A stretch of 64,000 bases of DNA from Malacoraja senta (taxonomy: Eukaryota): contig CM075981.1 of assembly GCA_038087875.1 (NCBI GenBank), positions 19,220,001 through 19,284,000 on the forward strand, given 5' to 3'. Positions 47,611 through 61,200 of this stretch are shown one piece after another; the stretch's first letter is position 1, and every line of letters starts with the position of its first letter. A program made the position numbers and the translations under genes. Below the pieces are notes generated by a model that worked only from the letters and a program-made list of their open reading frames with translations, was not told the DNA's origin and did not search any database.

Positions 47611-49499
47611 CTGAGGAGACAAGAGAGGCAGTCAGCAGGAGAGCTCAGTGACTGGAGGAGGAATCGGAGCTGGGAGAATCACAGAGCACAGGAGCAGGCC
47701 ATGCGGCCCATCGTCTGGCTNNNNNNNNNNNNNNNNNNNNNNNNNNNNNNNNNNNNNNNNNNNNNNNNNNNNNNNNNNNNNNNNNNNNNNNNNNNNNNNN
47801 NNNNNNNNNNNNNNNNNNNNNNNNNNNNNNNNNNNNNNNNNNNNNNNNNNNNNNNNNNNNNNNNNNNNNNNNNNNNNNNNNNNNNNNNNNNNNNNNNNNN
47901 NNNNNNNNNNNNNNNNNNNNGTGTGCGGAGCAGAAGGAACTGGGAGCGGGCACTTGGGGGTGTACAGATCCCTGAAAATGGAGGTAGAGGCCAATAGGCA
48001 GATGGGCTGCTTTCCTTTAGTCGAGGCTCAGTGTAAGTACTGGAGATGGTAGTGCTGTAACTGTGGTGCCCAACAGTAGTTAGACTCAGCCTGACACTGG
48101 GCACCACCACCCAGGAGAGACGGGTCACACTGGAGAAAGTGCAGGGAGATTTACCAGAACGTTGCCGGGACTGGAACTGTCTCTGTGAGGAAAAACCATG
48201 GAGGCTGAGGTTGTTTGCCGTAGAACAGAGCAAGGGGGACGATCGAGGGGGTATGAAGTGATGAGGGACCTGAACAGAGTAAATGGAATGGAGCATTTTG
48301 CATTACAGAAGCAGAGAATAAGGCCAGACATTTACTGGCACTGGGAAGGTTTAGAGGGGGGAGGATGGAAGGCGTGAACCCAGAGGGTGTTTCCCTATAA
48401 GATAGACACAAAATGCTGGAGTAACAGCGGGACAGGCAGCATCTCTGGTTAGAAGGAATGGGTCATCTTTATCAGTAATACATTCCATCTGTCATTGTTC
48501 CGTCCATCTTAACAGCTCATCAATATCATCCTGCAGTCCCTAGTTGTTGTCCTTTATGTCAACACAATAAACAATGTTTGTGTTATCTGTGAACTTATTA
48601 TTAACACCTCCTACATTTACATCCAAGTTACTAATGTGTCAATAGACATTATAGGTCACAGCACTGATCTCTATGGGACAAAGCTGGTGGTAATCTGTCG
48701 ATCACTGAAGCAACCTTCCACCATCATTCTGCTTCCCATTAGCGAACCAATATTGTCAACTTGCTCTGGGTCCCGTGGACCTTCACCTTTTGTCTAGTCT
48801 CCAATGTCAAAGGTCTTATAGGTAGGATTATATGCCCTAATTAATACATGTTGTCACCACTTCCTAATAGGTCACAGTGGATTACCCACAAATAAAACCA
48901 AGCTGACAATCTTTGACTAATCCCGGACTTTCAAAGTGATTAATCATGTCTCATTTTATTCCAATAACTCCCCTACCTCTGATGTGAGGCCTGTAATTAC
49001 TGGAGCATCCTCGATATACTTCACTCCTAAAGTGAAGGTACACCATCAAGGACAAATACGTATACCTTCACCAAGCATCCTGTGGCTATGTACTAAAGAC
49101 AGAGCCTGGCCACAAAATGTGGCCTAAGCCCAACAGCGTGCAGGATTCCAAGAAGTTAGCTGTGATCTACCCTGTCAAACACCTTGTCCAAGTAGAGGGA
49201 TGGAAAGGCAATTAGCAAATTTTAGGTTTAGGTTTATTATTGTCACGTGTACCTAGTCCAATGAAAGGCTTTGTTTGATATACAAACTATACAGAAATAC
49301 AACCAAGCCAAACACAAGTACAATAGGTTGAACAAAGGGACAGAAACAAAGTGCAGAATATATTTCTCAGCATTGTAGCACACCAGTTCCATATACAAAG
49401 TCCAATCACGGCCATGGGGTAGAGGTGAAAGGAGGGTTCCCTAGCTTATGGAAGGGTTCTAAAACTCATTACGGAGGGGAAGAAGCCATTCATGAGACC

Positions 49500-50270
49500 G
49501 AGGCCAGCTTTCGGAGACAACATAGTGAGCTACCAGTTCTGCCCACCTGCCTGTCTTTTCAATAGGGTGTGTATCCTTGGATGTTTAGCTCCCAGCTCTG
49601 ACCTTCCTTCAACCACATCTCTGTGATGACCACAATGTCATAACTACCAATTTCTACTTACGCTCCCTGCTCATCGATCTTATATATACTGCGTGCATTC
49701 AAATTTAAGACCTTTAGTTCTGTGGTCACCACTCCTATTCTCACATTGGTCCCCATTTTGTCTGAACTTAGACTCTTATCAATTTTTAAACTTTCTGTCC
49801 TGTTACTTCTTCTGGACTTCCTCTGAGTAGCCTCTCTTGGGCACTCCTGGGCAACTTCATTTATACATTTTAAATTTGTTGAGCCCACTCCCCCACGGTT
49901 TAGTTTAAAGCCCTATCTACAGTCCTGTTTATACAGATCAACAGGATCCTGATCCCACCATGGTTCAGGTGGATTCCATCCCATGGGAACAGCTCCCTCC
50001 TTCCCCAATACTGATGCCAGTGTCTCACAAAGTGAAACCCAATTCTCCCACACCAATCTTTCCCACCACGTACCATACCTGCCCGTACTTATGACAATAA
50101 ACCCCGCTTGACTTGTCTGCAAGATTCGAGTTTCCAGTCTGCAAAAGCAAAGCAGTCCCCAGAGGGGGAAGTGAAGCACAAAAACAAATTCAAAATAAAC
50201 TCACAGATTGAGACGGGGAGAGACAGCCAGAAGCAGCTGAGCAGGCACCTGATATCCATCAGTATCCAGG
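49500..50270 (-). mobile_element. CR1 fragment spanning the ORF1 end and ORF2 endonuclease start
   Basis: LKVLNLNARSI motif and ORF1 esterase-like remnants on the reverse strand. Confidence 0.6.
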
Positions 50271-50467
50271 AACCAGTGTGAGGGCACACCTGACTTGTCA
50301 CGACAGACACAACGAGGAAGGGATGTGTGTCAGTAGAGCATTGGGAGAGAGGACAGAGGTAGACTTCCCTCAGAGTCAACGCCCTTCCTTCTCTGCTTGT
50401 TCCTTGCAAGTAAGTAGACAAATGAGAGATGGACAGGAAGCCACTGTTGGAGGAGGCAGATTCTTAC

Positions 50468-50534
50468 GAGAAGCCACAAAGAAAAGCAGAGTGCAGTAGA
50501 ATAGCTGGAGGAAGTACAGGCAATAAGAGCACAG
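50468..50534 (-). CDS. Gene B: candidate signal-peptide exon (no ATG; begins CTG)
   Basis: LCSYCLYFLQLFYCTLLFFVAS followed by a phase-1 donor C|gtaaga, which joins the IgV exon as ...VASPGTGSAA. No in-frame ATG back to the previous stop. The true leader could instead lie in the N gap at 47721-47920. Confidence 0.4.
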
Positions 50535-51781
50535 TCCTGAGGCTCCCACTTCAGGGGCACCAAAGAGCTTCTCCTTGGTCTAGTTAGTCTCATCTTCTCT
50601 CTTCCCACTTCTAACACAGCCCAATTGCTGCTCATTATCACAACCACCTTAAAAGGAGTAAGACTAATGTCTCTCAGTCCCTCTCTCTCTTTGGATGACA
50701 TTTGTGCACACTGGTGTCTCTCAGTCCCTTTCACTGATGGGGGAATATCTGTACACTGACTGGTGTGTCTCAGTCCCCCTCTCTCAAGGTGATATCTGTA
50801 CACTGATGGGTGTCCCTCAGTCTCTCTCTCCAGGGGCATCTACATGAGTCCCCAGGTTACCACAGATTCCGTTCCTCAGAACTCTGTTGGTTGGAAATGA
50901 TCATCTATGGTGTGTGGAAGAGAATCAGAGAAACAGCTGTGACTGGAGAGCTAGAAGGCATGGGGTAAACAGGCCCGTACGAAGCTTTTCAAAAAAGGGG
51001 GTGGCATGACAGGATTATAAAAATGTTAATGTGAAATAATGTGCGCACTGTGCACATCATGAGTACGAAGCGTGAGGTTCCTCGATGCCGGGGTCCTTAA
51101 GCGGGCCCTGGAAGTTCAGGGGTTTTAGATGCTCTCTGATGCATTCTGAGCCTTATTTTAGAGCATTTCTGCACCAAATTTATGACCAATATTTCAGAAA
51201 TTAACAGGAATCTGAGAGGTGGCTTTTTCGCACGTGGGCGTATGGAACGAGCTGCCAGAGGAGGTAGTTAAGGCTGGGGCTATCCTAATATTTAAGAGAC
51301 ATTTGGATAAGTACATGGATAGGACAGGTTTAGGTGGATATGGGCCACACGCGTGTGAGTGGGACTAGTGTAGATGGGACATGTTGGTCGGTGTGGGTAA
51401 GTTGGGCTAAAAGGCTTGTTTCCACACTGCATCACTCTCTGACTAAAACGTTAAGAAGAAAAATGCATGTAGATAAGTAGAGCAGATTTGAAAGAGGAGT
51501 GAAATGTAAAGACAGAGAGAGGTTTATGGGTGGAAAGGAACATAGGAAAGGAGGGGGGAGTGTGGGCTTGGGCAGATGGGTGAAGGGAAAATAGACACAA
51601 AGTGCTGGAGTAACTCAGTGGGTCAGGCAGCATCTGTGGAGAACATGGATACATGACGTTTCACAGAGTGGAGTAACTCAGCAAGTCAGGCAGCATCTCT
51701 GGAGAACATGGTTAGGTGACATGCAACAGAGTGCTGGAGTAACTCTGGGTCAGGCAGCATCTCTGGAGAAACGGTATAGAT

Positions 51782-54700
51782 TGCAGCAGCGGCGCCTACT
51801 GGCGCATGCAGGTATCGAACCCGGCGTTCGGAAGCCGCAGTCACGTGACTCGGGAGGGGCTGCTTATTTTCGTGCGTTTTTGCTTTCGCGCAGTTAGTTC
51901 AGCGCTGGCCACACGTGTCTAGAGAACCTGTGTACTGAAAACCGAACTTTTGAATAAAGATCCGTTTGAAACTTCAGTTGTCGTTCTTCAGACCGCCAAA
52001 TTGGTGACCCCGACCTGTCTAGCCGTTGTTAGACAAGAGAATTATGCAGGAATACAGCGTTCCCGCAGAATCAGCCAGCACGTGGCAGGGCTCACCGGCC
52101 TTCAAATTGCCATAGTTTTGGCCTGACCAACCTCAGGTGTGGTTCGCCCACGTTGAGGCACAGTTTCACCTCCATCGCATCGTAGCGGTCGACACAATGT
52201 ATTTCCATGTGGTGGGGGCATTGCCGCAGGACTGTGCCTCGAGGCTGTTACCCTACATCAGGGACCCGCCGTCCATCGCCAAATACGAAGGGTGAAGGCC
52301 CTGCTGCTCCAAGCTTACGGTCTCAGCCGCAGAGACAGGGCAGCGAGGCTGCTGCACATGGACTGTGTCGCCGATCGGCGGCCATCCACCATCATGGCGA
52401 AGATGTTAGCCCTGATGGACGGGCACTGCCCATGTCTGCTTTTAGAACAGGCGTTACTGGCGATGCCTGACGAAGTCCAACTATTGCTCGCCGGAGCCGA
52501 TTTCAGCGACCGCGCAACAACTTGCGGAGAGAGCTGATGAACTGTGGGCACACAGACGGTGGGACGTGTTTGCTTTCGCCCGCCCCCTGGTCACACAGCG
52601 GCTGCCGCCGAACCGACATCGGGAGGAAGAAGTAGCCCAGCCCAGCGCCAAAGAAGAATCGCCGTGGCCAGTGGTCTACAGCCAACGTTGCTGGTTTTAC
52701 TACCATCAACGATATGTACCCGAAGCCCGAAGATGTCGGAGCCCCTGCTCGTACCCGGGAAATGCCTCGGCCGATCGTCCATAGAGGGGAACGCGATCGG
52801 CCCAAATGAACGCCTCTACGTCCGCGATCGCCATTCCGGCCACCATTTCCTGGTGGACTCCGGTGCCCATGCCAGCATCCTGCCTCCGAGCGCCCGACAT
52901 ATTCGCGCCGGTAAGGTAGGACCCGTCCTCTCGGCTGTTAACGGGAGCGACATTCGCACTTACGGTACGCGAACCATGGACTTAAATTTCGACTCCCGCC
53001 AGTACAGGTGGAATTTTATCGTTGCTGACGTCGCCCAACCGATCCTGGGGGCCGATTTCCTGCGCCCGTTCTCCCTTCTAGTCGATGTGCGAGGTGAACG
53101 CATGGTCCCTGTGTCGGACCTGTGCTCTGCCAAGCCGCGCGTTCCGTCCACGCCCCTACAGCAACTCGACGAGGTAGCTGAGATCCAGCAACGTTTCGCA
53201 GCCCTGCTCGCTGACTTTCCAGCATTGCTCACGCCGCAGTTCAACGGGGCCGCGTCCCGTCATGGCGTGGTCCACCACATTCCCACCGAGGGCCCACCGG
53301 TACACGCCCGCGCGCGCTGTCTCCCGCCCTATAAACCGCATCGCACGAGACGAGTTCCAGCTTATGGAGGACATGGGGATTGTCCGGCGGTCGGATAGCC
53401 CTTGGGCTTCCCCGCTACACATGGTGCCCAAAGCGTCCGGGGGTTGGAGTCCTTGTGGTGATTACAGCCTATCGGTACCCAGTCTCGAACATCCAGGATT
53501 TCTCGGCCCATCTGTAAGGCAGAACCTTCTTCTAGAAGGTCGACCTCATTCGCGGGTATAATCAAATTCCGGTCCATCCCGACGATGTCCCTAAGACGGC
53601 CACCATCACCCCTTTCGGCCTTTTCGAATGGCTAAGAATGCCTTTTGGCCTGAAGAACGTTGCTCAGGCGTTCCAAATGTAAATGGATCAGGCCGGTCGG
53701 GGTTTGCCGTTCATATTCATCTGCCTCGATGATATTATGGTGGCCAGCAGCTCGCAGGCAGAGCATGTCAGGCACCTCCGCCTGCTTTTCGAACGGCTGC
53801 GCAAACACAGGTTGGTGATCAAGCCCGCGAAGTGCCAGTTCGGATTGCTTTGCATTTCATTCTTGGGTCACAGCATCAGCTCCCACGACGCACAGCCGCT
53901 GCCCGTTGAGGTCGACACTATCCGTCGCTTCCCAAGGCCCCTATCGGCCATGGGTCTACAGGAGTTTATCGGGATGGTTAATTTCTACCACCGATTCGTC
54001 CTGTCAGCAGCCGCCATCATGCGGCCGTTGATCCAATGCCTGGCCGGTAAGACTAAGGATCTGGTCTGGTCCAAGGAGGCGCAGAAGGCGTTCGAGGGGG
54101 CTAAGACTGCATTGGCCAACGCCACTATGCTAGAACACCCTAGGGCGTCAGCCCAAACGGCCCTCACCGTGGACGCATCCAACGTCGCGGTAGGCGCCGT
54201 CCACGAGCAATGCGTAGGTAGTCGCTGGGAGCCACTGGCATTTTTCAGCAGGCAGCTGCGAGCCCCCGAAGTTAACTAGAGCGCTTTCGACCGGGAGCTC
54301 CTTGCACTCCTGGAGGGACGCACTTTCATCGCATTCACAGACCACAAGCCACTAACGTTCGCCTTGATCAAGGTATCTGACCCCTGGTCTGCCAGACAGC
54401 AACGGCACCTCGCCTACATTTCCGAATTCACGTCCGATATTCGGCATGTGGCAGGGAAGCTGAACGTTGTGGCTGACGTATTGTCCCATCCAGTGCTGCC
54501 CGAAGTTTCAGCGCTAAGTCTAGGCGTAGATTGTGAGGAGCTGGCCGCTGCCCAACAGGCAGATGCCGGTATGGAGGTTTACCGCAATGCTGAATCAGGT
54601 CTCAAGCTGGCTAAGGTGCCTTGCGGCGCCGCCGGCGTGCGAGCCCTTTGCGATATCTCCACGGGCTAAGCCCGTCCCATTGTCTCGGTTGCTTGACGGC

Positions 54701-55841
54701 TTCGGATTTTCGACACTATCCACAGCCTAGCGCACTCGTCCATTCGCGCCACCTCTGCCTTGGTCGCGGCAAAGTTCGTCTGGCATGGGTTGAGGAAGCA
54801 GGTCGCAGCATGGGCCCGTTCCTGCGTCCCATGCCAGACTTCCAAGGTGCAGAGACATGTGCGCCTGCCGGTACAGGATTTCGCTGTCCCGGACGGCAGG
54901 TTCCTGCACATCCATGTCGACCTGGTGGGTCCCTTGCCGTGTTCGCATGGGGCTACTCACCTACTGACTATCGTGGACAGGTTTACCAGGTGGGCGGAGG
55001 CAATACCGTTAACGGATACCTCAGCTGAGGCATGCGCGAGGGCCATTGTCTTGAATTGGATCGCTCATTTCGGGGTACCCTCCGATATCACTACCGATCA
55101 TGGGGCCCAGTTCACGTCCTCCCTGTATGGCGCAGCTGTATGGCACGAAGCTGCACCAGACCGCCGCGTATCACCCAGAGTCCAACGGTTTGGTTGAGCG
55201 TTTCCACAGGCACCTCAAGTCGGCGTTGAAAGCTCACCGCTCGCCGTTGCAGCAGGTGTACGAAGGTCTGTACAGGGTGCTGAGTACTGGTGCCTCGACG
55301 TTTACGTTGGACATGGGTGGCAAGGAGGAGTTTGTCTCTGTGAGGCGCCTTAAGCCAGCACATGTCGACAGATAGCCCAGTGACAGTGGCTACTCCGAGG
55401 CGTAGAGAACATCCACCGGCCGTTTTACCGCCCTCTGCACCTGTTACCCCCGATTATGTTTCTCCTGTCCCCTTTGTTACGCCCGTCCCTCGTTCGCGTT
55501 TTTCGCGTCCCTCCGGTTCTGTTTTGCCGGCCCCTACTGTTCGCTCGCTCCACGACCTCGGACTATGCGTTCCGGTCGAACCGTCCAGTTACCCGTGCGT
55601 TTCCGTACCATGGATTCTGGGGGGGGCCATGTAGCAGCGCCTACTGGCGCACGCAGGTACCGAACCCGGCGTTCGGAAGCCGCGGTCACGTGACTCGGGA
55701 GGGGCTGCTTGTTTCCGTGCGGTTAGTTTAACGCTGACCACCGATGTGGCCACACGTGTCTAGAGAACCTGTGTACTGAAAACCGAACTTTTGAATAAAG
55801 ATCCGTTTGAACCTTCAGTTGTCGTTGTTGAGACCGCCAAA
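51782..55841 (+). mobile_element. Complete but degenerate Ty3/Gypsy LTR retrotransposon
   Basis: LTRs 51782-52000 and 55630-55841; AGAT TSD; PBS TGGTGACCCCGAC at 52002 (complementary to tRNA-Trp 3' end); G-rich PPT. Order gag, protease (FLVDSGA), RT (WASPLHMVPK, CLDDI), RNase H, integrase (H..C..C, HVDLVGPLP, TDHGAQF). Stops and frameshifts present. Confidence 0.95.
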
Positions 55842-55845
55842 AGAT

Positions 55846-55873
55846 TATATTTCGGGTCAAGACCCTTCTTCAG
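55846..55873 (-). ncRNA. Decayed hammerhead core adjacent to the Gypsy insertion
   Basis: CTGAAGA-AGGGTCTTGACCC-GAAA with stem III mutated. The arm of the host element continues at about 51590-51781. Confidence 0.45.
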
Positions 55874-56049
55874 TAATATTCATGATGTGACCTGCAGACA
55901 TTCCTGAATGTTATCCAAACCATTGTGAGCTACTTTGTGACGGTGCTTGCCCTCTCCTATAACGTCTCTGCTGCCTTGGGTGATGCAGGACAGGACATGA
56001 GCTATGGGACATGGTGTGAAGCTGTTGCAGTCTGTTCCAGCCTGTTAAA

Positions 56050-57280
56050 AGCCTGGATGGAGTGGATGTGGAGAGGATGTTTCCACTAGTGGGAGAGTAT
56101 AGGACCAGTGGCCACAGCCTCAGAATTAAAAAACATTCCTTTAGGAAGGAGATGAGCAGGAATTTCTTAAGTCAGAAGGTGGTGAACTGTGGAATTCATT
56201 GCCGCAGACAGCTGTGGAGGCCAAGTCAGTGGACATTTTTCAGGAGGAGATTGATAGATTCTTGATTGTCAGAGGTAATGGGGAGAAGACAGGAGAATGG
56301 GTTTGAGAGGGAAAGATAGATAGTCATAGAGTGATACAGTGTGGAAACAGGCCCTTCGGCCCAGCCTGTCCCATCTACACTAGTCCCATCTGCTCATGTT
56401 TGATCCATATCCCTCCAAACCTGCCCTATCCATGTACTTGTCTAACTGTTTCTTAAATGTTGCGATAGCCCCTGCCTCAACTACCTCCTCTGGCAGCTTG
56501 TTCCATACACCTATCACCCTTTGTGTGAAAAATATACCCCTCAGATTCCTATTAAATCTTTTCCCCTTCACCTTAAACTTATGTCCTCTGCTCCTCGATT
56601 CACCTACTCTGGGCAAAATACTCAACCTGATCTATTCAAATCATGATTTTATACACCTCTATTAGATCATCCCTCATCCTCCTGTGCTCCAGGAAATAGA
56701 GTCCCAGCCGACTCAACCTCTCCTTATAGCTCTGGCCCTCTAGTCCTGGCAACATCCTCATAAATCTTCACTGTACCCTTTCCAGTTTGATGACATCTTT
56801 CCTATAACATGGTGCCCAGAACTGAATACAATACTCTGAATGCGGTCTCACCAACTTCCTATGTAACTGAAACATGACCTCCCAACTTCTGTACTCAGCC
56901 GGACCCGCTCAGTTACTCCAGCACTCTGTGAAACGTCACAGAACAGGGCAAGATTAGCAAGTTTGCTGATGATACAGAAGTGATTGATTTTGCAGATAGT
57001 GAAGATGGTTGTGAAAGATTGCAGCAGGATCTGGATCAATTAGCCAGGTGGGCAGAGGAATGGTTGATGGTTGCATGGTTCCTTGAAGGTCGAGTCGCAG
57101 GTTCATCAGGTGGTCAAAAAGTATTTTGGCACTTTGGCCTTCATCAGTCAGAGTATTGAGTATAGAAGTTTGGGAGGTCATGTTGCAGTTGTATACGACG
57201 TTGCTGAGACCGCATTTAGAATATTGTGTTCAGTTCTGGGAACCATGTTATAGGAAAGATGTCAAACTGAAAAGAGTACA
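56050..57280. mobile_element. Cluster of CR1 3' fragments in both orientations
   Basis: DVERMFPLVGEYRTSGHSLRIK (+); VGESRSRGHKFKVKGKRFNRNLRG (-); [13 protein letters not shown] (+). Confidence 0.8.
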
Positions 57281-57282
57281 GA

Positions 57283-57905
57283 GATCCCCATCCTGGAACA
57301 GTACAATCAGGGTTGTGTCATCCGCAAACTTGAGAAGCTCAACAGAGGTGTCTGTGGAGGTGCAGTCATTGGGTGTAGAGAGAGTAGTGGAGAGAGGAGA
57401 GCACGCAGCCATGCGGTGCTCCTATGCTGAGCGTTTGCGGGTCCGAGATGTGCTTTCCCAGCCTCACATGCTGCTTCCTGTCTGTGATGTGAAGCTGGTG
57501 ATCCACCGACAGAGTGGTTCAGGCACAGTCAACTCGGAAAGTTTGGAGCGTAGTAGCTCTGGCACAATGGTGTTGAATGCAGAGCTAAAATCAACAAACA
57601 AAATCCTTGCATAGGTGCCCTGGCGGTCTAGGTGCTGGAGGATGAAATGCAGGGCCAGATTGACTGCGTCGTCCACAGATCTATTGGCCCAATATGCAAA
57701 CTGCAGAGGGTCCAGCAGGGGGATTGTCATATTTTTCAGCTTGCCCAGCACAAGCCTTTCAAGGGTATTCATGGCTACAGAGGTCAGAGCGACAGGCCTG
57801 TAGTCATTAAGACAAGTAACCCTTACCTTTTGGGTATAGGGACAATAGTGGAGACTTTGAAGCAGGCAGGGACAGTACATGTTTGCAGGGATTGGTTAAA
57901 AATGT
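57283..57905 (-). mobile_element. Rex1/Babar LINE RT fragment
   Basis: [52 protein letters not shown]. Confidence 0.85.
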
Positions 57906-58249
57906 CTGAGATTTCCGGCTTTTCTGTCTTCTGAAAAACTTCTCCACCTCCTCTATTTTTATTGTTGATGAAGTGATGTTGGAGTGAGTGAATAATTGGG
58001 TGTGAAGTGGTGATTGGAGTGGGGTGGGTGTAGAAGGGCCCAGTCTTTGCAGACTGAGGCCAGGATGTGAGTGGGTGTGAAGTGTTGGTTGGGGTGCGAA
58101 AGCATCCAGTCTTTTCATACTGGAGTCTTGCCTTAAGTAGGTGTGAAGTGGTGAATGGGAAGGAGAGGGTGCAGGGTCCATTCCTTGTAGACTGGGGTCT
58201 GGCTTTGTTTGTTGGGGGGGGGGGGTACCAGGGTTATATAAGCAGGATG

Positions 58250-61200
58250 GCTCTTCGGGAGCAGCAGTGAGGGAGCGGCCTTGTGAGGGAAGTGCCCTGT
58301 GGCTCGAGAGTCTTCAGCGAGGAGGCTGAGGGGAGGAGGCTACGCATAAAGCTCGAGAGGACAGAACGCGGGGAACACATGTTGGGGCAGATGAGACAGT
58401 GTGAGGCTTGCAGAATGCGGGAGCCCAGGGACACAGATGGAGCCTCTGGCTGCTACAACTGTGGCAATTGGGTCCAGCTTCAGCTCCTAAAGGATCGTGT
58501 TGGGGCACTCGAGAAGCAGCTGGATGACCTCAGGGCCATCCTGGAAAATGAGAGTTTCCTAGACAGGACCTTAAGTGAGGTTGTCACGCCAAGGATACGC
58601 GAAGAACCAAGGTGTGTGACGGAGAGAAAGGGTGGAAATCGTGGAGTGCAGAAGTCCCAGGTGGCTGTGACTAATGAAAACAAGTACGCCCTCTTGGGAA
58701 CTGTCCGGGGAGATGATGTTTCCAGTCCGAGCGGCGGACATGTCGGTGGCTCCAATCCTAGAGATGGGACTCGACCGGCGAGACCGACGTCGGGCAGATC
58801 CCTAGTGGTGGGTGACTCCATTATCCGAGGAGCGGACAAGAGATTCTGTGGTGGCAGACGAGATGCGAGGATGGTCTATTGCCTCCCTGCTGCCAGGGTT
58901 CAGGATGTCACGAGCTGAATTCTGAACATCCTTGAGAGAGAAGGTGAACAGCCGGCAGTAGTTGTGCATGTAGGCACAAACGACATCGGGAAGAAGAGGA
59001 AGGAGGTTCTCCAACATGACTTCTGAGAGTTGGGAAGAAGAGTGAAATGCCAGGCTTCTAGGGTGGTTATCTATGGATTGCATCCAGTACCTCGTGCTAG
59101 TGAGGACAGGAACAGGGAGATAGGGGATCTGAATGTGTGGCTGAGGGGCTGGAGCAGGGAGCAAGGATTTAGATTTATAGACCACTGGGATCTCTTCTGG
59201 GGTAGGGGTGACCTGTCCAAAAGGGACGGGTTACACCTTAACTGGAGGGGGACCGACATTCTTGCAGGCAGGTTTGCTAGGGCTACATGTGTGGGTTTAA
59301 ACTAAATAGTGGGGGGGAGGGATTGACAAATTGGGAGTATAAAGATGGAGTTGAAGGGGAAGTGGCTGCAGGTGAAATTACAAAAGATTCTCGAATTAAA
59401 GGGAAGGAAAGCCCGAGAATGGACAACAGAATTGTGAGCGGTTCGAGGGGGGAAGTGAATACGGAGGTCAAAGTGCTGTATATGAATGCACGAAGTATAA
59501 GGAATAAAGTGGATGAGCTTGAGGCTCAGTTAGAAGCTGGCAAGTATGATGTTGTGAGAATTACTGAGACATGGCTGCAAGAGGGCCAGGGTTGGGAACT
59601 GAATATTCAAGGGTATACCTCCTATTGAAAAGACAGCCAGGTGGGCAGAGGGGGTGGGGTTGCCCTGTTGGTGAGGAATGAAATCCAGTCCCTTGCAAGG
59701 GATGACATTGAAACAGGAGATGTGGAGTCAGTATGGATAGAATTAAGGAATTGTAAAGGTAAAAAGACCCTAATGGGACTAACCTACGGGCCCCCAAACA
59801 GTAGCCTGGACATAGGGCGCAAGTTGAACCAGGAGTTAAAATTGGCATGTAGTAAAGGTAATGCTGTGGTTGTTATGGGAGATTTCAACATGCAGGTAGA
59901 CTGCGAAAATCAAGGTGGTACTGGACCCCAAGAAAGGGACTTTGTAGAGTGCCTTCGTGATGGATTCTTAGAACAGCTTGTATTGGAGCGTACCACGGAG
60001 AAGGCAATTCTGGATTTAGTGTTATGTAATGAACCGGATTTGATAAAGGACCTCGAGGTTAATGAGCCATTCGGAGGCAGTGACCATAACATGGTCAGGT
60101 TTAATCTACAATTGGAGAGGGAGAAGAGTAGATCAGAGGTGTCAGTGTTGCAGTTGAATAATGGGGCCTAGAGGGATAACAGTTATACAAAAATAGCAGG
60201 TGTTTCTAGGAATAATACAGAAGGTGCAGGATCAGTTCATTCCTAGGAGGAAGAAAGATTCCAAGGGGAGAAAGGGACGACCATGGCTGACAAGGGACGT
60301 CAGGGACAGTATAAAAATTAAAGCGAAGAAGTACAACTTAGCAAAGATGAGCGGGAAGCAAGAGGATTGGGTAATGTTTGAAGAACAACAGAAGATAACT
60401 AAAAAGACAATACGGGGAGAAATTATATCTTTTTAAAAAAAAATTATTTTATTAGAAGTAAGTACAATTGTATACAATCATATTTTCATAATACCTTTCA
60501 TGTACAGCTTCTTATTTTTTAATTTTTTTGAAATAAAGAAGAAAAAGAAAAAAGTTAGATAATGAAAAATAGAAAAATGTGAGACATATAGTGTGTGAAA
60601 AATAAAAATAAAGAATGAAATAAGAAAGTTGAGACATAGAAAATAGAAGAGAGAGAATAAAAGAAAAGATGAGAAGAAAAGAAAATAGAAGGAGATCATT
60701 TATAATCTTGACCATCCGCAGTCACGGATTAGCTTTTACACCTGTTTTGCACCATACGTTTCCAAAAAGACGACAAATGGAGACCAACTCGTTATGAATT
60801 GGTCAAATTTATCTATTAGGAGGAATCGCATTTCCTCAAGATGTGCGGTATCCAACATACTTGCAATCCACATTTTGAGCGTTGGTATTGGTGTATTTTT
60901 CCAAAATTTCAATATTAATTTTTTTACTATTATTAAACCATAATTAAAAATTGACTTTTGAGATGAACTCAATTTGTTCCCGTCTTCCATTGCCCCAAAT
61001 ATAATCAATTCATTATTGGGTTCCATTTTTGTCTTAAATAGTTTTGTAAATATTTCGAAAATATCACTCCAAAATCCATGAAGTTTTATACAAGAAACAA
61101 AAGAGTGTGTTATAGTTGCTTCTTGGGTTAAACATTTATCGCAAATGGGCGATATATTTGGATAAAATGTATTTAATCTTGTTTTTGAGTAATATAATCT

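Noticed and set aside
47632-47720. Leader exon immediately upstream of the gene B IgV exon (GLLLCSVIL)
   Set aside because: The ATG frame stops after a few codons; the hydrophobic frame has no donor and stops before the acceptor.
58283-58918. SGNH esterase as a captured host gene
   Set aside because: This is the known ORF1 type of many CR1 elements and is directly followed by the CR1 endonuclease.
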